A program made the position numbers and the translations under genes. Below the pieces are notes generated by a model. The model was not told where the DNA came from. It made no database searches and saw only the letters and a program-made list of their open reading frames with translations. A stretch of DNA of 54,258 nucleotides, counting the filler, from Actinomycetota bacterium (GTDB lineage Bacteria > Actinomycetota > Acidimicrobiia > IMCC26256 > VFJJ01): NCBI GenBank assembly GCA_009886115.1. It is 5 parts of 5 records of this genome, joined end to end, with 100 filler letters (N's around TTAATTAATTAA, not from the genome) between each part and the next. Parts side by side here need not be neighbours in the genome. Positions count along the whole stretch, not along the records: positions 15,243 to 41,152 come from VFJJ01000083.1; positions 41,253 to 48,596 come from VFJJ01000155.1; positions 48,697 to 54,258 come from VFJJ01000207.1; 2 more parts are not named here. One strand, given 5' to 3'. Below are positions 39,722 to 48,821 of the stretch, piece by piece; position 1 is the first letter of the stretch, and every line of letters starts with the position of its first letter.

Positions 39722-41152
39722 GTGACCACGGAACGCACCGCTACACTCGACGGGCTCGACACTCGCTGTGACCTCGCCGCCGCACGGGTTCAGGCGAGCG
39801 AGAAGCCCCGAGCCGAGGGTGCGCTGCTTGTGATCATCGAGACGTCCAACGATCCCTCGCCGGTCACCGACCGTCCGCTGCCGGGTGCCCGAACCGGAGG
39901 CTGGACGCTGGCGGGACGGTACCGCCTCGACGAGCCCCTTGGTGCTGGGGCGATGGGCGAAGTGTGGGGTGGCCGCGATCTGTGGCTGCACCGCACGGTC
40001 GCCGTGAAGATGTTGCGCGGCGACGCGGCCGATCACGTCTCGACGGCGCTCCGGTTCTCGCACGAAGCCCGGGCCATGGCTCGGCTCAACCATCCCAACG
40101 TCGTCACCGTCCACGACTTCGGCGAGCACGAGGGCGAGCCGTACCTGGTGATGGAACGCCTTCCCGGCCGCAACCTCTCCGACGACCTGGGGAGCACGCC
40201 GCTCGACGAGGCCACGGTGTGCACCGTCGTTCGCGACGTGCTGGCCGGGCTCGGGGCCGCCCACGAAGCCGGGCTCATCCATCGCGACGTGAAGCCGGGG
40301 AACATCCTCTTCGCAGCCAGCGGCGTGGCGAAGCTGGCCGACTTCGGGATCGCCAAGGGCGCCGGCCAGGACCTCACCCGACCTGGGGAGTTCGTGGGTA
40401 CCTGGCAGTACATCGCGCCCGAGCTCATCGCCGGCCAGCCGGCCACAGTCCAGAGCGACCTCTACGCCATCGGCGTCATCATGTACTTCGCTCTCTCGGC
40501 CAAGCGTCCCTTCGCCGGCGATTCCCTGATCGAACTCGCCCGATCGATCACCCAGGCCTCACCCGTCCCGTTGGCGACCTTGCGGCCCGACCTCGATCAG
40601 GCCCTGATCGCCATCGTCGAACGAGCGATGCACCCGTCGCTCGAGCAGCGTTTCGCCGACGCCGCGTCGATGATCGAGGCTCTCGAGGCCGTCGAGGGCC
40701 TCGGGGTCGTCCCGGGTGCCTCGCCAGTAGGCGCCGTCGAGAGCCACACCGACACCGATGCCGCCGTCGACACCGAGAGCCCGGACGAGACCGCAGTCAA
40801 CACCGAGGCGGTCGTCGATGCGGTGTACTCCGAGGAAGCGACCGCGGCAACGAAGAACCGGCTCATCGCCGGCATTGGCGCCTTCGTGCTGGCGATCGTG
40901 ATCACCGGGATCGCCACGGGAGGCGACGACGCCTTCACCGCGACCCGGGCCGACGACACGTTCGGGACCCGCACCACGATCGCGTCGCCACAGGCCGAAC
41001 TGGGCGCCGCGCTCGATCGTCTCGAAGAGGCCGTGGCCGCAGCCGTCACGACAGCGGGCCCCGGGACCGGGACCGGAACCGGAACCGGAACCGGAACCGG
41101 AACCGGAACCGGAACCGGAACCGGAACCGGAACCGGAACCGGGACCGGAACC
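39722..41152 (+). CDS. Hanks-type Ser/Thr protein kinase with TM segment (3' end in gap)
   Basis: LGAGAMGEV, VAVK, HRDVKPGN, DFGIA, YIAPE; start uncertain. Confidence 0.92.
41063..41152 (+). repeat. (GGAACC)n coding microsatellite (Gly-Thr repeat) at the contig break
   Basis: About 15 GGRACC units. Confidence 0.9.
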
Positions 41153-41252
41153 NNNNNNNNNNNNNNNNNNNNNNNNNNNNNNNNNNNNNNNNNNNNTTAA
41201 TTAATTAANNNNNNNNNNNNNNNNNNNNNNNNNNNNNNNNNNNNNNNNNNNN
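41153..41252. other. Artificial contig linker
   Basis: N-TTAATTAATTAA-N. Confidence 0.98.
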
Positions 41253-41669
41253 GTGACGAGCAGCCATCAGCCGGGTCGACCAATGCGTCGAACCATCATC
41301 AGGCCGGTTCGTCTGCGTGTCAGCAACCACCGCCGCGACCGTGCCCTCCGGCAACCACGACCTCCGGCCCCGACCCGGAGCGATCCGCCCCACACCCTCG
41401 ACACCCTCTTCGACAAACCGACGACGCCACGCCCTCACCGACGTATCCGTCGTGCCACACCGACGCGCGACCTCGTTCGTCGGCACCCCATCCCCAGCCC
41501 ACAACAACGCCTTCGCCTGGACCACCTGACGGTACGGCAACGACCCCGACCGGGCCATCACATCCAACGCAGCACGCTCCTCGACCGACATCGGCAACGG
41601 CGCAGCAGTCAGAACAGGCATAAGAACATCATACCAGACTACCACAGCTATTTCAACGACACACCACTA
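41253..41669 (-). mobile_element. IS630-family element, left end and transposase N-terminus (CDS from 41621)
   Basis: EERAAL...AKALL...VRAWRRRF...GRGR...THWSTRLMA; the element boundary falls at CTAG (TA target) 41667-41670. Confidence 0.88.
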
Positions 41670-41736
41670 GACACGCACGGAGCCCAGCAGGGGAATTCCG
41701 TGAACAACCCGCCAGGGAATTACGTGAACGCCGACA
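41670..41736. mobile_element. Probable IS21-family terminal end
   Basis: Tandem gggaatt(c/a)cgtgaac repeats ending in ...gccgaCA, like the multi-repeat TG...CA ends of IS21. Confidence 0.55.
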
Positions 41737-42029
41737 CCAAGGCGATGTGCCTCGAAGTCAAGAGCAGCAGTGGCGAGGGGTTTCACTTGTCGACTGGCGA
41801 GTGGCGTCTCGCTCAACGGCTCCATGACGCGGGAGAAGGTGACCGCTACGCGGTGCTTGTCGTGCGGCGTAGCAAGCGTCGTGGCCTGCCCGCAGGAATG
41901 GACCTCCTCGTTGACCCAATAGGTCTGGTGGAGACCGGCCGACTCCGTCAGGATGTCGACGGCTACCAGATCGCCTATCGAGCCGGCGCCAGCGGCCCGA
42001 GCACGGAGGCCAGCGATGGCCACGCCTGA
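41737..42029 (+). pseudogene. DUF3883/NOV C-terminal PD-(D/E)XK nuclease remnant, interrupted by IS
   Basis: CLEVKSSSGEGFHLSTGEWRLA...YAVLVV...DP. Confidence 0.72.
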
Positions 42030-44007
42030 AGTGACGCAACCGACCCCGGCACCAGTCCTCCTTGGTTGGGGGCTCACGCCACCCGAGCGCCTTGAGCGCG
42101 CGATCCGCGGCCGCAGGTTGTCGTCATCCTCGATGTACGACCTGGTGGTTGAGGTGGCTGCCGGTATCTCGAGCAGGAGGGGTACGGAGACGCTTGAAGA
42201 GATGCTCTCCTCGCTCCGTGAGCCTCTTCGAGGCCTACGTCGTAGCTACCGAAGTGGCCGGGTCCTGATCGACTACGAGAAGGGATCGGAGCTGGCCTAC
42301 CTGCTCGCCTATGTGCCTCCATACATAAGAATGGCCGAGCAAGTGATTGCGCGCTCGCTGGTTCTCGATTCGATTGGCCCGATCCTCGACGTTGGTCTCG
42401 TCGGCGCAGGCCCCGCCCCCGAGGCCGTAGCCCTCATCAACCTGCTGATCGACGCGAAGGCGCAGGTCGACCGGTTGCGGCTGCATCTGTTCGACATCGC
42501 CACGGACGAATGGCGGATCGTTCGTGAGGCGCTCCTCGACGTGGGCTGCCGATGTCGATGGGACGGGTCCATCGAGGTCCAGCATCATTCGCTCGACCTC
42601 AGAACACCGGCGACCTTCAACGCTCACCGGAGCATTCTGCAGTCACTCGATTTCGTGATGGTGCAGAACTGCCTGAACGAGGACATTGTGCACCGGCCAG
42701 CAGCTGTCGAGAACCTTCTCGACCTCCTGTCGGCGATGCGTCCAGGATCAGTGCTCGCGATTGCAGACCAGCACAACTACGTGTCGGTTCGCGACCGCAT
42801 CCGAATGCTGGCCGATCAGGTCATTGACGAGGTGGAGACGCTCGGGAGGTTCGACGCGGCCATCAGGGTGAGGGTGACCGACCCGCTACCTCCAGTGCTC
42901 ACGAAACACCTCCTCACTGGCGAGGACGGCCTGATCCCGCGCAAGAACCTCGAGCTCGGCGTCCTGGTACTCCGAGTTCCAGCGAGCGGACCGTCACGAC
43001 CGGTACCTGAACCAGACGCAGCGCAGGAACCGGACAGGAGCGCGGCCCCGAAGCGGCCGCCTGGGTCCACGGCGGGGGCACCGGCTCGAGCTCGGCGAGT
43101 TCCGACTCCCGCGCCGAGGCGACTCCATTCGCCCGAGCGAACATTGGCCGGAATTCGGGTCATGGCCGACGCGAGGGAGAGAGCAGCGCTCAAGGGCGAG
43201 CGCTGCGTCCTCGACGAATTACGTAGAGCACGAAAGGCCGTTGCGGGGGTTGTCACCCGAGCCGAGACGGGAGGAGTGTTTGTTGACATCGCTGGCGTGG
43301 AGGTATTCATCCCCGCCGACCGGCTCGAGCTGGACGGACCCAGGGGCTCGCTTCGCTCCTATGTCGGGCAACGGCTGGCCGTCTTGCTTGAGGATGTCGG
43401 TGCTCAGCACGCACGCGGAAACCGAAGGGCACTCCTAGCAAGGCGACGGCTGCAGCTGCTCGCCGGTGTCGAGGTCGGCGATCGGCTGACGGGTCACGTG
43501 CGAGTCGTGCAGGACGGCCACGTGATCCTGGACGTCGACGGATTGGAGGCCGTTGTTCCGGTTCGAGAGCTCTCGCACGACTGGGTCGATCATCCGAGCG
43601 ATCTCATCGCGATGGGTGATGAACATGAAGTCGAGGTGATCGAGGTCGACCGTGGCCAAGGTCGCGTGTTGGCCTCTCTGGCCAGGTGTACCCCGGACCT
43701 CATCGCTGACTTCGCGGAATCCCATGACCGGGGCCAGCTCGTCCTTGGTGAAGTATCCGGCCTCGAGGACAGGTGGGCCGACGTGCGTATCGGTGACCTG
43801 CCAGCGCGTATTCACATCTCGCAGATCGCCCACGGCTGGATCACTCATCCGTCAGCTGTCCTTCAGGATGGCCAGGAGGTGTGGGCGGCCTTCGTCGGGG
43901 TGCATCATGGCAAGCGGGAGCGCCACATCCGGCTCTCGCTCACGGAGGTCCATGCCGCCAGCCCGGTAGCGCCGGACTTCGCTGACCTCTGGGAGGAGGC
44001 ACGATGA
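42016..44007 (+). CDS. Class I SAM-methyltransferase-like domain fused to three RpsA-like S1 domains
   Basis: GGAGG RBS; AYLLAYVPPY, motif I LVGAGPAPE, HLFD, DFVMVQNCLNE, MRPGSVLAIAD; Pro-rich linker; S1 repeats GGVFVDIAGVEVFIP, VPVRELSHDWVDHPSD...VEVIEVD, IHISQIAHGWITHPS. Confidence 0.82.
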   Translation: MATPEVTQPTPAPVLLGWGLTPPERLERAIRGRRLSSSSMYDLVVEVAAGISSRRGTETLEEMLSSLREPLRGLRRSYRSGRVLIDYEKGSELAYLLAYVPPYIRMAEQVIARSLVLDSIGPILDVGLVGAGPAPEAVALINLLIDAKAQVDRLRLHLFDIATDEWRIVREALLDVGCRCRWDGSIEVQHHSLDLRTPATFNAHRSILQSLDFVMVQNCLNEDIVHRPAAVENLLDLLSAMRPGSVLAIADQHNYVSVRDRIRMLADQVIDEVETLGRFDAAIRVRVTDPLPPVLTKHLLTGEDGLIPRKNLELGVLVLRVPASGPSRPVPEPDAAQEPDRSAAPKRPPGSTAGAPARARRVPTPAPRRLHSPERTLAGIRVMADARERAALKGERCVLDELRRARKAVAGVVTRAETGGVFVDIAGVEVFIPADRLELDGPRGSLRSYVGQRLAVLLEDVGAQHARGNRRALLARRRLQLLAGVEVGDRLTGHVRVVQDGHVILDVDGLEAVVPVRELSHDWVDHPSDLIAMGDEHEVEVIEVDRGQGRVLASLARCTPDLIADFAESHDRGQLVLGEVSGLEDRWADVRIGDLPARIHISQIAHGWITHPSAVLQDGQEVWAAFVGVHHGKRERHIRLSLTEVHAASPVAPDFADLWEEAR

Positions 44008-44048
44008 ACTGCGATGAGTACCAATCGCCACAGGGGGACCAGTCGTGA
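44004..44048 (+). CDS. 14-codon linker ORF (MNCDEYQSPQGDQS)
   Basis: GGAGGAGG RBS; ATGA overlap with the upstream stop and GTGA overlap with the alkB start. Confidence 0.45.
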   Translation: MNCDEYQSPQGDQS

Positions 44049-44674
44049 CCAGCGGCCAGGCCGGTCTCTTCGACGAGCCGCTGGCGGGCCCCGGCCTCGA
44101 TGTCTCCGTCGTGCGATCGGCATTCAGCTCCGAAGAGGCGAATCGAGCGTTCGAGCTACTGAGAGCCGAGGTCCCCTGGCAACAGGACGAGATCGTGATC
44201 TTCGGCAAGAAGACACCGTTGCCGAGGTTGACGGCGTGGTTCGGCGACGGAGGGTTCGAGTACACGTACTCGGGAATCACCATGCAGCCACATGCATGGA
44301 CGCCCATCCTGACGATAGTGAGGACGCGGGCTCAGGAGATCGCACAGGCCAGCTTCAACACCGTGCTGCTCAACCTCTACCGCGATGGTAGGGACGGCGT
44401 GGCGTGGCATGCGGACGATGAAGAGGATCTCGGTCCCGCCCCGGTGATCGCCTCCGTCAGCTTCGGCGCCACAAGGCGCTTCCAGTTTCGTCGCCGCGAC
44501 GATGCGGCCGTGAAGCGAGAGCTCGAGCTGTTCGACGGCGATGTCGTGATCATGCGAGGGCAGACCCAGGACCTTTGGGTCCACCAGGTGCCGAAGACAG
44601 CGAAGCCCGTTGGCGAGCGGATCAACCTCACGTTCCGAACGATCGTGCCCCACGCGGCTGCCGCAAGGGTGTGA
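44045..44674 (+). CDS. alkB: AlkB-family Fe(II)/2OG dioxygenase (ALKBH2/3-like)
   Basis: PRLTAWFGD, YTYSG, LLNLYRDGRDGVAWHADDE, WVHQVPK, RINLTFR. Confidence 0.93.
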   Translation: MTSGQAGLFDEPLAGPGLDVSVVRSAFSSEEANRAFELLRAEVPWQQDEIVIFGKKTPLPRLTAWFGDGGFEYTYSGITMQPHAWTPILTIVRTRAQEIAQASFNTVLLNLYRDGRDGVAWHADDEEDLGPAPVIASVSFGATRRFQFRRRDDAAVKRELELFDGDVVIMRGQTQDLWVHQVPKTAKPVGERINLTFRTIVPHAAAARV

Positions 44675-44893
44675 GCCGCAGCTTTGCCTCAGATCGGCGA
44701 AACGAACCCAATCTGTGCTGTGTCCGGTGGCCGCTCCGGTCAAACCCACGTCAAACGCACCGAGCCGGACGGGCTCGGATTCGGCGGACCTGGCGTTCCT
44801 TCAGCGCCCCCTGCACCGTCCTGACCAGCACGTTCGCGCTCTCGCCATCACCCACCCGCACAGCCCCCTCGGGCTCATAAGAGTTGCTTTCGT

Positions 44894-45289
44894 CTACAGC
44901 GCGATCGCGCGCAGCCCGGTGGTCGTGACGGCGTGCATCCACGGGCCCTCTGGTTCGGCGACGATGATCTGCTCGACGTGGGGCCAATGCTGTTCGAGGA
45001 TGGCGAGGCTGTCGAGGGTCGATTGGCTGCGCCGGCCGGTGAGCACGAACCCGCGCACGCGGTGTTCCATCCAGAGCCGCTTCTCGACGGGCCGGTAGCG
45101 GATCCGTTGGTCTCGGGTGATCACGACGAGACCGAGTGATGCGACGACGGGGAGCCATTCGTCGTCGAGTGCGCCCCTCGGGATCTCGGGGAGCTCGACA
45201 TGGCCGGGGTAGACGACGTCGTCGTGGATCTCGCGGAGCGCTTTGCCGAGGGCCAGGTCGTTCTCGTCGACGAAGAACCTGGCGGCCAC
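44894..45289 (-). CDS. PIN-like toxin (VapC45/Rv2019-like)
   Basis: RFFVDENDL, DDEWL, VITRDQRIRYRPVE. Confidence 0.85.
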   Translation of the reverse strand: MAARFFVDENDLALGKALREIHDDVVYPGHVELPEIPRGALDDEWLPVVASLGLVVITRDQRIRYRPVEKRLWMEHRVRGFVLTGRRSQSTLDSLAILEQHWPHVEQIIVAEPEGPWMHAVTTTGLRAIAL

Positions 45290-45295
45290 TGCCGG

Positions 45296-45990
45296 TTACG
45301 CGACCAGCGACCGGAGCTGTTCCTCGTACGCCACGGCCGAGCGGACAAGTTCTGGTGCGATCTCGTAGCCGTGCGCGATCTGATCGACGGTTTCGCCGGC
45401 GTCGAAGAGCTCCCAGAGCCGCTCGGTGGCGACACCGTCTACGGTCGGGCGTCCGAAGCGTACGAGAGGATCAATCACCACGGCGGAGGCTGGCCCGGCG
45501 GGGTGGAGTCGTCGGACGTCGCCATCGCCGGCGGGGTCGAACTCGACCTTGCGGAAGAACCGGTTGGCGACGTCGGTGAGCATGACCTGTTGGCCGGAGC
45601 GGATGACGATGGCGATCGCGGGCGGGAGATCGTTGCGTTCTTGGACTTCCAAGACCAGTTCTCGACCCATCACGTACGGCCGCGCGGTTGCGAGCGGGTA
45701 GGGCGTCGCGAACTCGCGGCGCAGCTCGTCAATCACCGGGCGCAGCCGCTGCAGCGGCACACCGCAGCGGCGGTACTCGCGCAGGTAGCCGAGTTCGACG
45801 AACTCGCCCCAGGTGACGATGTCGTCACCGGTTGATGCTTCGCGAATCACCGGCGCGTATCGGACGCCGCGTTGCTCGTAGCCGTCGAGCCAGGCGCGCG
45901 TGCGATCCGGCCGCAGCCCGAGCAGGCCTGCAGCCTCGGCGACCCCGTACACGGGGCGCTGAAGGATCGACACAGCGGGCGCAGTCACGA
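45296..45990 (-). CDS. DUF433 antitoxin with N-terminal HTH (VapB45/Rv2018-like)
   Basis: YGVAEAAGLL, VVIDPLVRFGRPTVDGVATE, AGETVDQIAHGY...AVAYE; start approximate. Confidence 0.87.
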
Positions 45991-46089
45991 CACCATCATG
46001 CCGTGCCGGCAAGCCCGCCGCCGACATCTTCGAGCCGCAAGCCGAGTGAACAGCGCCGACACCGAGCCCCGAATCCGCATCGTGTCCAG

Positions 46090-46400
46090 CGCGTGCCCGT
46101 GCTGACGCCGATGGCGACGGCAGCCACTGTCGTCGGCCGACTCCCGGCTGCGATGGCCGAGGTGCTCGCGGCGCTCGGGATCGACCCCCGATTCGTCGCG
46201 GCCGAGACGGCCGAGACGGCCGAGATGCGGCCGGCGATGCTGGCCAAGACGGCGAGTCGCCAGGTGTTGGGTGTCATGAACGAGTTCGCGTTCATGGCCG
46301 AGCACACGATCAGCACCGGCCGCTCGGACCCGACCGATCTGGTCGGGCTGTCGGTGTGGCTCGCTAACACGATCGTCGGGCCGATCGGCAGAGACGACGG
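46090..46400 (+). pseudogene. DUF6933-like fragment
   Basis: PVLTPMATAATVVGRLP...LAKTASRQVLGVMNEFAF; no intact N-terminus. Confidence 0.5.
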
Positions 46401-46500
46401 TTCCGCGCCATTCGGCGCCCCTTCGGAACCGGGTGGCCGCAGCCCTCGACGGCTGACCGCGTGCCCTCGCCGACCTCACCGGTGTATGAGTCTTGATCGA

Positions 46501-46833
46501 ATGAGTGGGCATCACAAGTGGTCCGATCTGCGCGACAAGATGATGGAGCGGCCAGGCGCGCGCGAGGCCGCCGAGAGGGCACGGGTCGGCTACGACGAGG
46601 AGGTTCGTCTGTACGAACTCCGCCATGCCGAAGCGCTGAGCCAGGTCGAGGTCGCCGGGCGTCTGGAGATCACCCAGAGTGCCGTGTCGAAGCTCGAACA
46701 CGCGGAGGATGTGCGGGTCTCGACGCTGCGGGACTACCTCGAAGCACTCGGCGCGCGGCTCGAGCTCGTCGCGGTGTTCGACGACGAGGGGCGGCGCGTG
46801 CCCGTGCACCTCGGTAAGGAACCAGCGGCGTGA
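46501..46833 (+). CDS. XRE-family HTH protein (HigA-like antitoxin, no toxin seen)
   Basis: LYELRHAEALSQVEVAGRLEITQSAVSKLE...VSTLRDYLEALGARLEL. Confidence 0.87.
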   Translation: MSGHHKWSDLRDKMMERPGAREAAERARVGYDEEVRLYELRHAEALSQVEVAGRLEITQSAVSKLEHAEDVRVSTLRDYLEALGARLELVAVFDDEGRRVPVHLGKEPAA

Positions 46834-47264
46834 ACACACGGCCGTGCACAACCTTGACGGACCGTATCGAACTCGGTCTCACCACGGGAGCCACAGCCCG
46901 CCAGTCCAACGAACACCTGCTCGACCCCCCGACCCCCGACAAATCCGGACCGAGCGGTGCCCTGGAAGGTTGTCGATCGCGTGTGATCGCGTCCGCAATG
47001 TGCCGTTCGAAAGCGCGAGCGCCGAAACTCGGTGGCCAGCCCGCTTCGGCGTGACACGGTGCGGCCTCCCAGTGCAGCGCCCGGTAGTCACGGAGCCGCG
47101 TAGGCGCCAGACGCGTCCAGGAGCCGGCAATTGCGAGCACAGTCGCCAGGGACGCGCCGCCCATATCGCGAGCGCCGTAACCGCGGACGCCGACGTCAAC
47201 AGGTCGCCCGGGTTCGGCCCGAGTCCGGGTGCTCGGACATCGCGGCGGGAGAGAACGCTGGGCG

Positions 47265-47660
47265 TCAGATGGTGACGAGGCGGACCGATGCGTCGAGCGT
47301 CTGGAGCAGGTGTCGGAGGTCGGTGGGGTCGGAGGTGACGAGGGCGGTCGGACCGGTTTGCGATCGAGCGGCGGCGATCAGCGCGACGGAAGCGTCGACG
47401 ATGTCGGCCGTGCCGGCGCGTCCGCACAACAAGCCGGTCGCGCGCGCCAGGGATCCCTCGAGCGGGATCTCGTCGCAGTGGACGAGCGCTCGTGCAAGGA
47501 GTGCTTGTCGGCTTCCGTCGCGCCATGCCTGTGCGACGACACCGGCGGGCACCGACACCGGCGCGAAGTTGTCGGCGGCGTTGCGGAGGATCGCCCAGAC
47601 AGAGCGGTCGTTGCGATCCAGCGCGATCAGCGCGCCGGTGTCGAGGACGAGTGCGGTCAT
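47265..47660 (-). CDS. PIN-domain (VapC-like) toxin
   Basis: LVLDTGALIA, VPAGVVAQAWR, DIVDASV, VTSDPTDL. Confidence 0.87.
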   Translation of the reverse strand: MTALVLDTGALIALDRNDRSVWAILRNAADNFAPVSVPAGVVAQAWRDGSRQALLARALVHCDEIPLEGSLARATGLLCGRAGTADIVDASVALIAAARSQTGPTALVTSDPTDLRHLLQTLDASVRLVTI

Positions 47661-47881
47661 CCGTCGACGAGGGCGCGTGCGGCTGCGAGCTCTTCGTCGC
47701 TGAACGCGCCATGCTCGCGTTCCCATGCGGCCACGACGTCGCGGAGGCCGCGGTTGGCGAGATGGCGGCGGGCGGCGTCGGCGAGCCAAGAGGACACGTT
47801 CTGCTCGTCGGCCTCGGCGGCTTCGCGGACGGCGACGGCGAGCTCTGATTCGATCGAGACGGTGAGTCGTTCGACGGTCAT
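47657..47881 (-). CDS. Ribbon-helix-helix antitoxin
   Basis: MTVERLTVSIESELAVAVREAA...VSSWLADAA...WEREHGAFSDEEL; ATGA overlap with the toxin. Confidence 0.85.
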   Translation of the reverse strand: MTVERLTVSIESELAVAVREAAEADEQNVSSWLADAARRHLANRGLRDVVAAWEREHGAFSDEELAAARALVDG

Positions 47882-48126
47882 GTCGCGATCATACTTCGTC
47901 ATACTCGGCGGCGCCACGCTCATCGCCCGAGTCTCAGCGTTGCAGCCAACACGCGGTTTGGGCCCCCGCCACCAAGGAAACAGCAGGTCAGGGCCTATCT
48001 TTCGGGATGGGTCCTGATTCGCGTCTACCGGGAAGATCTACCGATCCGGTAGACGTCTCGAGACCGTTTCCGCTGCCGAGGGGGTCCTGACCAGGGGCTT
48101 GGCGGTTTGGCGGGGCTGTGGTGCGT

Positions 48127-48450
48127 CTACCGGTTGATGAGGTTGGCGAAGCGTTGGGCGGCGTTGGCGTTCATGCCGGGGAGGATGTGTTGGTAGGGGT
48201 GCATCGTGAATGCCGGGTGGGCGTGACTGTCTCGACGCCGTGTCCGTCGTCGTGCTGGCGGGTTCGCCAATGCTCGAGGATCGTCTCGGTTGTCGGGTCG
48301 AGTTCGACGCAACGTCGGCTGGTGCGGGTTTTGGTGGCGAACTCGGCGGATCGTCCGGCGAGCGCTTGTCGTGATCGACTGATCGACAGGCGGTGGGTTT
48401 CAGGGTTCCAGTCGCCCCAGCGCAGGCCGGCGACCTCGATGCGGTGTCGA
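48127..48450 (-). pseudogene. Tyrosine integrase relic with internal deletion
   Basis: RIEVAGLRWGDW...TKTRTSRRCVELD...LEHWR, then frame-shifted HAHPAFTMHPYQHILPGM. Confidence 0.8.
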
Positions 48451-48596
48451 CGGGGCAACTCTCCGGCTCTGGGCATGCCCACACTCAATCGTCGTCCGGA
48501 CAACGTCCGGACAGTCCTGTCACTGCTTTGTCACTGCGACGTGATCCCACCGGGTCCTACGGGTACATACGAGATCGGCCCAGAGGGCCCATAAAC

Positions 48597-48696
48597 NNNN
48601 NNNNNNNNNNNNNNNNNNNNNNNNNNNNNNNNNNNNNNNNTTAATTAATTAANNNNNNNNNNNNNNNNNNNNNNNNNNNNNNNNNNNNNNNNNNNN
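48597..48696. other. Artificial contig linker
   Basis: N-TTAATTAATTAA-N. Confidence 0.98.
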
Positions 48697-48821
48697 CGGC
48701 CGCCCGAGCCAAGGCGCTCGTCGAGTTCGACCAGCGGCGCCAGATCGACCTGAGCCTGGCCACCTACGACCGGCTGCTCGCCCGGCGCGACCTCACCGCA
48801 CCCAAGCGCGACGGGATCGTC

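Noticed and set aside
38869..39762. N-terminal extension of the 865-aa amidohydrolase ORF
   Set aside because: Overlaps the MOSC gene antisense; the real start is near 38868.
45832..46833. 333-aa ORF as a single fusion protein
   Set aside because: A composite of antisense sequence, a DUF6933-like fragment and a separate XRE gene starting near 46501.
7940..48696. Four identical TTAATTAATTAA motifs within N-runs
   Set aside because: Artificial contig-joining linkers. ORFs ending in 'XXXLIN' and any cross-linker gene order are artefacts.
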